Of a stretch of 17,861 nucleotides of DNA, positions 10,505 through 17,861 are shown in pieces. How positions within the stretch are numbered: position 1 is the first letter of the stretch; every line of letters starts with the position of its first letter. The stretch lies in the IMG/VR virus record IMGVR_UViG_3300021387_000285. The stretch is one strand, 5' to 3'. This DNA comes from a virus. Its lineage: Duplodnaviria; Heunggongvirae; Uroviricota; Caudoviricetes. The position numbers and the translations under genes were made by a program. The notes beneath the pieces are model-generated. The model saw only the letters and a list, made by a program, of their open reading frames with translations. It made no database searches and was not told where the DNA came from.

Positions 10505-10509
10505 TTTAA

Positions 10510-12192
10510 TTAGAAGCTACCCCATACTAAATCAATATTGACAGAGTAAGTGTTGCTACCAGATTCAAGAGCAGGAGTTGTAACTTCTAAGTTGCTGGAA
10601 GAGATTTTGAAATTACCAGTTGAAGAAGCATTATCACTATCTTGAACAGTAATTGCAACTGTTGCTGTACCACCAGCGCTAGAATCAGTAGAACTATTAG
10701 CAGCGGTATTGATACCAACAATTACATTTTCAATGTTAGCATGGCTATCATTTAATACATAATTTTTTGCGCTAACAGCAGTAACGTGGCCTGCGGCATC
10801 CTTAGAAATACTTGTTACTACTGGAATAGTAACTTGTTTCTTGCTTGCGCTTTGAGTAGTATCAACATCAGCAGCTTCAACTGTAATAGCAGTGCCAGTG
10901 CCGGCAGCCCCGTGAGCAACTGTTAATGTATTATAACCACTAGAAATACTAGGAGTAACAGAAATAGTACCATAAGTATTAGAGCTACCATTTACTCCAA
11001 TACCAGCAATAACGCCAGCACCATCAGAAATAGTAATACCATTACCCTCGGCCGCACCAGTAATAGTCTGCTCATCGCCAGAAGGAACAACTTCCCATTC
11101 TACGTTACCATCAATGCCAGAAGCAATGATTAAGTCACCGGTCTTTGCAGTAACGCCATTAACATTATTGATGTTGCCTGCTGCTTTATAAGTTGTACCA
11201 ACTTTTGGACTTTCGCCTGCAACTTCAGTAGCGACTAATTTTGTAGCAGCTGTTGCTTGAGTAATAGTACCAGCATACTCCATAGCGTCAAAGCCTTTTA
11301 ACTCTGCAGCAATCTTATCATCAACTTGACCTTTAGTATAAACATCAAGTTGAGCAGTGCCACTAGCAAAAGCAGCGGTAGTGCTGTAACCAGTACCATA
11401 AGCAATAATAGGAGTTACAGCATCACTATTAATGTCTGTAGAGACACCTTCAAGTGTTGTAATGAAAGCACCATTAGGACCAAAAGCATTACTTACACCT
11501 TTGATACCCTGTGCGCCAGAAGCTGTACCAATAGTGATTGTACCAGCATCATTGCTAGTAACAGCCATACCAGGGCCAGCAGCAATAGTAATATTCTGCT
11601 TTGCACCAGTAGAAGGAGTTAAACTAATAACACCTGAGGTAGCATCTGCAGTAGTACCAAGAGTATAAGTTGTATTATCATTATCATTCTGAGACTCAAT
11701 AGTAATTGTATTGCCACTGCGAGAAACAGTTACATTATTACCACCTTGGATTGAGAAGTTACCAGAAGCGCTATTGGTTGCAGTATCAGAAACTGCCATA
11801 GCGATAGTAACTGTACCAGAACTATCAGAAACATTAATAGCATTATTGCTTGCGCTTAATTTAGTATCTGGGTTTAACTGTACCCAAGTACCTGCGGTTG
11901 GATTTTTGCAAATTGCTAATACATTCTGATTTTCCCAATAGTACATATCACCAGCTTGAAGATTTTCATATCCAGAAGTACCACTATTAGGAAGGTCACT
12001 TAAACTTGCTAAAGCTTTAATTCTAATATATTGGTTAAGGTCAACAAGCTTATCAGCAGCCTGTGCAAAATATAATCTATTAGTATCATTAGTTAAATAA
12101 AAAGTACCCTCAGTAAATCTATTACCGCTACCATTTAATAAAGTATTAATACTGGATTGAGAGCCTCTTTTAAAGTTTACCTTTACACTCAT
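10510..12192 (-). CDS. 560-aa tail fibre / receptor-binding-like protein
   Basis: Intact ORF, no TAG, TAA stop, RBS AGAAAGGGG (12201-12209). Mtd_N-like start (VNFKRGSQSSI...EGTFYLTNDTNRLYF). Rich in Gly/Thr/Ser/Ala/Asn, consistent with a beta-rich fibre. Contains fibre-like motifs DVYTKGQVDDKI...AMEYAGTI and VVTSISKDAAGHVTAV; ends LVWGSF. Confidence 0.75.
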   Translation of the reverse strand: MSVKVNFKRGSQSSINTLLNGSGNRFTEGTFYLTNDTNRLYFAQAADKLVDLNQYIRIKALASLSDLPNSGTSGYENLQAGDMYYWENQNVLAICKNPTAGTWVQLNPDTKLSASNNAINVSDSSGTVTIAMAVSDTATNSASGNFSIQGGNNVTVSRSGNTITIESQNDNDNTTYTLGTTADATSGVISLTPSTGAKQNITIAAGPGMAVTSNDAGTITIGTASGAQGIKGVSNAFGPNGAFITTLEGVSTDINSDAVTPIIAYGTGYSTTAAFASGTAQLDVYTKGQVDDKIAAELKGFDAMEYAGTITQATAATKLVATEVAGESPKVGTTYKAAGNINNVNGVTAKTGDLIIASGIDGNVEWEVVPSGDEQTITGAAEGNGITISDGAGVIAGIGVNGSSNTYGTISVTPSISSGYNTLTVAHGAAGTGTAITVEAADVDTTQSASKKQVTIPVVTSISKDAAGHVTAVSAKNYVLNDSHANIENVIVGINTAANSSTDSSAGGTATVAITVQDSDNASSTGNFKISSSNLEVTTPALESGSNTYSVNIDLVWGSF

Positions 12193-12209
12193 TATTTTTT
12201 CCCCTTTCT

Positions 12210-13193
12210 TTATTCACCAGAAGTAATTTCATTCCAAATTAACCGAGCATAAACATCAGCTAATTCATCTGCGATAGTAGAAGTATTATCACCTGTAACG
12301 GCACGTAAATTATTAATATCTCCTACTTCGTTATTAAACTTAGAGAGAAGAACATAATTACTTTGAAGATTATTTGTGATTAAGCCATCAATTTCATCTT
12401 GTCTAACATAATCACTTAAATTAACACTCCATTTTCCTAATTTTTCAAAATTAGAATTAACATACATATATTCATCATATTTATTACTGGTATCTTCAGA
12501 GCCATTAGGAACTAAAAATACTGTACTATTGATATTCTCAACAGTAGTATCTAAATTTTCCAATGTTTCATCTGGACCTAATACTTGATATGATAAATGA
12601 TTATTATTTAAAACATCTTGTCTAATTGCTTGGACTTCAGACTTTAAACTTGATACATCAGTCTCTAATGTATCAATTCTGTCTAATACACTTTGACTTG
12701 TTAAAGATGCCCAATTTGACCCAGTATAAGCATAAGGCTCACCACTAACAATAGCGATATCACCTTGAACAGGATTACTTACTATACGGTCAAGAGCTTG
12801 AGAAATACTTTCTCCATCATTTTTTGTTCCAGCAATTACTCTATCATTACTAGAACTACTGCTACCACCTGGAGTAAATCCAGCATTTTCTAAAGCAGTT
12901 ACAATTGAAATAGGCTTCCAAGTTTGGCTTTCTATTTCATAATGAAGTAACATCCCATCAGCTAAAGTAGCATCTGATAAATCCACATCTGCTAAGTCAT
13001 TTAAATTCGTAACAGATGAAAAACCAGTACCACCAATTAAACGAGACCCTAAATAAAGCAAACCGCCTTCTTCAGGAGCATTTTGTCTTTCATATACAAA
13101 ATACAAAGTATTTTCGTCTAAATTACCCGCAGTCTTACGTCTATCAAAAATAGACTTTAAACCACGTTCAAATTTAACAAAATTAACTGCCAT
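12210..13193 (-). CDS. 327-aa tail fibre/adaptor-like protein
   Basis: Intact ORF, no TAG, TAA stop, RBS GGAGAAAGGG (13200-13209). Mtd_N-like start (VKFERGLKSIF...ENTLYFVYE...LLYLG), LNDLADVD...DGMLLHYE...W tail-repeat-like motif, heptad segment LDRIDTLETDVSSLKSEVQAIRQDV, and VFLVP...NKYDEYMYVNSNFEKLG..VNLSDY motif that I recognise from Firmicutes phage fibres. Confidence 0.7.
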   Translation of the reverse strand: MAVNFVKFERGLKSIFDRRKTAGNLDENTLYFVYERQNAPEEGGLLYLGSRLIGGTGFSSVTNLNDLADVDLSDATLADGMLLHYEIESQTWKPISIVTALENAGFTPGGSSSSSNDRVIAGTKNDGESISQALDRIVSNPVQGDIAIVSGEPYAYTGSNWASLTSQSVLDRIDTLETDVSSLKSEVQAIRQDVLNNNHLSYQVLGPDETLENLDTTVENINSTVFLVPNGSEDTSNKYDEYMYVNSNFEKLGKWSVNLSDYVRQDEIDGLITNNLQSNYVLLSKFNNEVGDINNLRAVTGDNTSTIADELADVYARLIWNEITSGE

Positions 13194-13260
13194 CTTTTAC
13201 CCTTTCTCCTTCCTCTAAAAGTTTTTTATCCATTATTATTCATTTTTTTAAGTATATGGA

Positions 13261-14505
13261 TTAACTTAAATTGTCTATGAGTTTCCAAGCATCAAAGTCA
13301 ATATAACAATGAGAAGGTGTAATCGCCGTAGTCTTAACAGTAGCACCAGTAGAATCTGTTGTTGTAGTAGCATAAGCATAACCTACTGTTTCTGGTTTAT
13401 GGTCAATAAAAGCAGCATTAGAGTTCTCATTATAAGTTGTTGTCCAATCACATTGCAGATAATATCTAACTTTACCACTTAATGGGTCTGGATAGGTATA
13501 TAAGCTACGTAATAATCCAGTTAAGCCTTCTGTATTATTAGCTAAAAAACCTCCAATGCTAGGAACTGAAGATAACCAAGATTCGTCATCTGTATCAATA
13601 GTTAAATCAGAGCCATTTAATGCGCTAGCTGCTTCCCAATACTTTTTAAAGAATGGGCGCACATTAGTTCCATCATTACCAGGCACACCATATAATAAGT
13701 CATAAAGTTCTGACATAACATTACCAAAAGCAGGTAAATTAATGACTAACTTTTTCTTATTAACTAATTTTGAGTCTCCTGACTAATCTACATCTTCTGC
13801 GGCAAGCCCTTCTGGAATCCAATGAATATAAGAATGATAATCATTAGTTCTTTTGCCTACATTATAAACAACATTAAATCCATTACGATTATAATTAATA
13901 TCTTGCTCATCTGCAGCTAATTCAACAGACCTTGGCATCTTTAAGAAGTAAGAAGATTCAGTGCTCTTGGCTTCATCAAATGCAGGTTGAACATAGTCAA
14001 CCTGCACTCTAGGAAGTAATACTGGAATAGTCTCGCCGTTCTATTCCTTTAAAACATACACTTCTTCTGCATCAGCAGCATTGTCAGCATATTTATATAA
14101 TAAAGGCTCATTAATATCAATTTCAAATCTTGGGGCCATTGCATTTAATTCAGCAATCATAATATACTTTTCACCTTCGGTTAAAGTATAAATCTTTTGC
14201 CAAACTGTTGAATCATAAACGGCACCAAATGCTTCAAGGTCTTCATTTAAGCTTTGAGAATATTCCTCTGTCTATTGGATATAGTAATAAACCTATCCAT
14301 CTTGAACCATTGTCATATCCCCGCCACCAGGAGCTTGTTTCTTTTCATAACGAATACCATTATTGCCATAATTTATCAATACATAGCGACCAATATAAAC
14401 TCCATCAGTGGCGCATTGTGCTTCCATTTCAACTCTTGATTTATATTCTCTATCAAACTGAAATTGACTAGTACCAACTCGTTTTACATTTCCATATAAA
14501 CTCAT
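13261..14505 (-). CDS. 414-aa hypothetical tail/baseplate protein, read with TAG=Gln
   Basis: ORFs 14293..14505, 13783..14007 and 13261..13716 are in frame; TAGs at 14293, 14272, 14041 and 13783; no other stops; TAA at 13261-13263. RBS GGGGAGGG. ATG overlaps the upstream stop (TAATG). Bridging text includes AVYDSTVWQKIY...KYIMIAELNAMAPRFEI and INLPAFGNVMSELYDLLYG. Confidence 0.8.
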
Positions 14506-14873
14506 TATGTACCCTCCCCGCCATATACTAAATCAACAATTAAATAACCATTTGGTAAATCATTAATTGTCTACATACTTTCTGGGTCAATTCTAATACT
14601 ATTTAAAATAGCAGTAGTATTAGTTAAATCTAATTCATAAACACCAGAAGACCCAATAATAACAGGTGTAGTGCTTTGATTAAAATAAACTTTTGTCCCA
14701 GGTAAAGTTTGGATACCTAACTAATAAATAGGAGCAAAATATCTAAAACTTGTGTCATCACAATAGTATTTATAACTAACTCCACTTGGTGCATTATTTG
14801 GATTTGATATAATGTTTCCGGCAGAGTCAGCTTCGGCATTATAAAATCTTAACTATTTTATTTTTGTTGCCAT
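14505..14873 (-). CDS. 122-aa hypothetical structural protein; absent from the code-11 ORF track
   Basis: RBS AAGGAGG (14884-14890), ATG 14871-14873, TAGs at 14853, 14721 and 14571, TAA 14505-14507. MATKIK*LRFYNAEADSAGNIISNPNNAPSGVSYKYYCDDTSFRYFAPIY*LGIQTLPGTKVYFNQSTTPVIIGSSGVYELDLTNTTAILNSIRIDPESM*TINDLPNGYLIVDLVYGGEGT. Confidence 0.82.
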
Positions 14874-14892
14874 TATTCCTTTTCCTCCTTTA

Positions 14893-17637
14893 TCAATATA
14901 CACGTTCAGGCACTTTTACTGCCGTAATCTACATTGTTCCATTATACTTTAATGGAATAGTGCATTTATTTAAAATATAGTAACCATTAACCGTTCTCTA
15001 CTCATCTTTTGCCGAAATAATTGTATTAGGCTCTAAATAATAAATAGGAATTGATGTTAATGTTACATTTTCATTACAATAACCATAACTATATAATAAA
15101 TTATCAATTTCATCATGCGCTGATACACTACGAGTTGATATAGATAATTTATTATCATCAAAATACTGCTAGAAATCATCACTAACAATATAGCTATATC
15201 CAGATGGTAACTAATTAGCCGTGTATGAATCATACATCTCTTTAGTTATCAAAACGACATCTGGAACATCTTCATAAATTATAACTCTTATGGTATCTTT
15301 ATTAACAACTTTAGGCCGGTCACCAATAGCTGGGACAGAGAATGAACCTATACCTAAACTTTCAGCATCAAAGAAATCAAACCAAAAGATTAGTGCTGAA
15401 GGGTCATCAATAATATCTTTATTCCATCCATCTTCATTATATACCTCTTCCTCTAAACCTAATGGATTTTTATCCCAGTTATAAACATTCTCTGGTGCAT
15501 ATAATTGTCGCCAGAAACCATGTAAATCATGATAATACTATTCATAACCTGTTTTACCATTCTAAAACTAGTCAATATCAAACTCTGGGATATGATTATT
15601 TTGATGAATATTAACATAAAAGTCATCTTCATGATTATGTAATAAATAATCATTTGCCATTTGATAAATAATTTCACGCCAATCAACTTGGAAGAATCTA
15701 TATTTTCCATCATATTTTAATTCTTCATATATAGCTAAATCACCTGGTAAATGTGGTTTATATATCCAACTGTCAAGATTACAAAGAGTATCTAATTTCA
15801 TAAAATATTCATAAGTATGAGTACAACCTCTATAACCATGCTGTGTAGGATTCCATCTTTGAGATGCATAATATGGATAAATTGCTGGAACAGCTCCATA
15901 ATATAAATTGCCAGTCGCTTTTTCAATATCAAAAATAGACTAATTACGTAAATGAGTTGTAGTCCCATTTGGCGTAGTAATATCTCCAAAGAAACCAGCA
16001 GTACCATACTATCTTAATTGGCCTTCGGGATAAGAACCAACTAATGCTTTATAATATTCAGCCCAATCTAATACAGTCCACCATACTTCATCAGGATTTT
16101 CCCCTTGCGCTAAAGTAGCCTCACGTAACCACTAAGGCACAGGAGTTTTCTCAATTTCTTTTCCATTAACTTTAATGGTAGTTGAAGTATTCTCTTTTTC
16201 TTTCTTTTCAATTATAGGTGCTAAATATTCATCATAATACTCTTTAGTAGTATAAATCTCTTGATAATAGCTAAAGGTTCTTTCTTCATCTGATGCAGCA
16301 TTTGTCTTAATTGCTTTTTTAAATCCACCATAAAACTAAGGTTTAATATCAATAGCATAACGCATATGAATAGGATACTCTACTCCAGAAACAGGTAATC
16401 GTTTCTTCCCCCAAACCGTATAGTCATTTTTAATATCACCAATTTTTGGAGTATTCTAATAAGCAGTAGTTAAATTACTGCCTTCAAAACTATATTGAAC
16501 TAACTATGAAACAGCTGCAGGCTCAACATAAGTGTCATTATCTCCAAAAATTATATTATTCCAAGGAGTATTAACATAAGTCTTTTTTGCTTGAAATACA
16601 AATTGGCCCTCAATATTATAAAAATATTCATAAGCACCAAATATATTAATAATTTTATCTAAAACAGAAGTAACGGTTTCATTAATACCAGCTATCAAAT
16701 CTTCATCTGGGTAAGTTAATTCTCTAGCATAATAACCAATATCCTTCTAATCTTCAATAGCTAATACCACACATTTTACATAATCATCAATTTCTGGATT
16801 ATAATAACCAATATACGTAGGAACATCCACTTGTGTTGGGTCTAATAATCCAACATCATCTTCTTCTACTCTTTTGGCAAAGATAAAATCATTTTTTAAT
16901 TTTGTAAAATCAACGTCAATAGAAAAACCATAATATAAATAAGAATGATTAGCTACTGTTTTTCCTGGGTCTATAATATCAACATATTCGCCAGTGTCAA
17001 CTTCTTGAACTAAATATAAGGTATTACCAGTCCTATTTCTTAATATTTCAAGACCTAGCTAATCAATATCTTTAATAACAATATTCTCATAAGGTTCCTA
17101 AGCATAACGATGTATCATTTCACGAATAATGTATGGAATAGAACGTTTTTCTCGGCTATGAGTTCCATCTTCTTGTTCTACTTCTTCTGAACCTAAGACA
17201 GTTTCAGCATTAAAGTTTCCACTGATATCACCATTTAACAAACACATCTTATCTTTTCCACTTAAGGTAATAACATAGTTATTAACCTAAGAAGAAGTTT
17301 TAAAGTCTGTTAAAATATAAACTCCCATTGGAAACCAAATAATATCATCATATGCTGGATTAATTTGATTTAATAAACCAATTTCAATTTTAACACGAGT
17401 AGTAATACCCCAATAGACATTATTAATATTAAGATTTTTAGTTGTCATAGTTAACTAGCAAATGCGCCGCACACTAGAGGTTCCATCTAGAGTGATGGAA
17501 CCTCCTGTAGCAACGCCCTCTATCCGTTCTATTGGGTATTGGTCAAGTGTTAAAGAAGTAAGTCGTACGAAAGTTGTCCTATTACGATTATGGTCTAATT
17601 CGCGCAAAAATAAAGTATCAAGTAATGGATTTTGCAT
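14893..17637 (-). CDS. 914-aa probable baseplate hub / distal tail protein (tentatively DUF5047/DUF5048-like), read with TAG=Gln
   Basis: RBS AGAAAGGAG (17647-17655), ATG 17635-17637. One frame, open to TGA at 14893-14895 apart from 18 TAGs (17455, 17287, 17098, 17059, 16747, 16504, 16456, 16336, 16132, 16009, 15940, 15568, 15562, 15538, 15211, 15169, 14998, 14929). N-terminal GGSITLDGTSSVRRIC*L...WFPMGVY...LSGKDKMCLL and C-terminal IPIYYLEPNTII...GYYILNKCTIPL...GTM*ITA resemble phage hub proteins. The ORF is firm; the family call is from memory of motifs. Confidence 0.8.
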
Positions 17638-17861
17638 TAACCATATCTCCTTTCTACTTTATTTAAATAAGCTAATCCTAAAGCAAATAGATAAGTAGCA
17701 AGAGCATCTTTAATTTTATTAATATACGTTTCATTATCAAATTCAGTTGCAATATCTTGATTTGCTATTTTGCTTAATTCTTCAAGTTCTTCTTCTAATT
17801 CACTAATCTTCTTGGTAGCTATTTGAATTAAACCAAGATTATTTATATCATTATTATCATA
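17637..17861 (-). CDS. 3' end of an upstream gene (partial, 74 aa visible, helical/coiled-coil)
   Basis: Frame is open from the window edge: YDNNDINNLGLIQIATKKISELEEELEELSKIANQDIATEFDNETYINKIKDALATYLFALGLAYLNKVERRYG, then TAA at 17637-17639 overlapping the next ATG (TAATG). Confidence 0.75.
   Translation of the reverse strand, partial: YDNNDINNLGLIQIATKKISELEEELEELSKIANQDIATEFDNETYINKIKDALATYLFALGLAYLNKVERRYG

Noticed and set aside
3369-13193. Diversity-generating retroelement suggested by the Mtd_N-like domains
   Set aside because: No reverse transcriptase, no recognisable C-type lectin variable repeat, and no template/variable repeat pair noticed in the window. One could exist elsewhere in the genome.
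13228-13261. ATCCAT...ATGGAT inverted repeat between the 414-aa and 327-aa genes
   Set aside because: Only 6 bp with a 22-nt spacer; too weak to call a terminator.
840-16007. Alternative-frame minus-strand ORFs 840..1040, 7085..7267, 7532..7726, 15459..15713, 15798..16007
   Set aside because: Nested out of frame within longer genes; the Met/Leu/Ile/Lys-rich composition is typical of off-frame reading.
3369-17637. Reading the fragmented ORFs as pseudogenes, a degraded prophage or sequencing errors
   Set aside because: All 42 interruptions are the same codon (TAG), with no frameshifts and no internal TAA/TGA. Random decay or error would give mixed stops and indels.
106-17637. TAG as pyrrolysine or programmed single-site readthrough
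   Set aside because: TAG is too frequent (18 in one gene), occurs in varied contexts, and aligns with Gln in the paralog pair. No pyl genes are in the window.
11326-17698. Plus-strand ORFs 11326..11622, 11432..11668, 11711..11929, 14208..14471, 14254..14439, 15290..15484, 17462..17698
   Set aside because: Antisense shadows of the minus-strand structural genes, favoured by their codon bias.
1-17861. Suppressor tRNA, other RNA genes, CRISPR array or mobile element
   Set aside because: Under code 15 the longest intergenic gap is about 130 nt and is explained by hairpins and RBSs. No cloverleaf, direct-repeat array, transposase, intron or intein signature was seen.

Overview
The window is a continuous minus-strand tail/baseplate structural module of an AT-rich tailed phage that appears to read TAG as glutamine (genetic code 15). 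The supplied code-11 ORF track is heavily fragmented. I translated the gaps by hand: the fragments are in frame, every break is a TAG, and no TAA/TGA lies between them. Reassembly gives nine complete genes plus one partial gene. All ten stops are TAA or TGA, and 42 in-frame TAGs lie inside genes. Order of transcription (right to left): partial helical protein; 914-aa probable baseplate hub-type protein; 122-aa small protein; 414-aa tail/baseplate protein; 327-aa and 560-aa tail-fibre-like proteins; a 2336-aa giant protein (Mtd_N-like start, LamG-like, CotH-type kinase-like, LRR, InlB B-repeat-like and BspA-LRR-like regions); a 67-aa protein; a 771-aa BppU_N-like/Ig-like protein; and a 202-aa BppU_N-like paralog, followed by a terminator. 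Strong Shine-Dalgarno sites point to a Bacillota (Firmicutes) host. Highlights: the recoding, a CotH-like kinase with apparently intact catalytic motifs inside a giant tail-associated protein, strongly uneven TAG use between genes, and a recurring intergenic motif. All family assignments are by eye from motifs; no database search was run.
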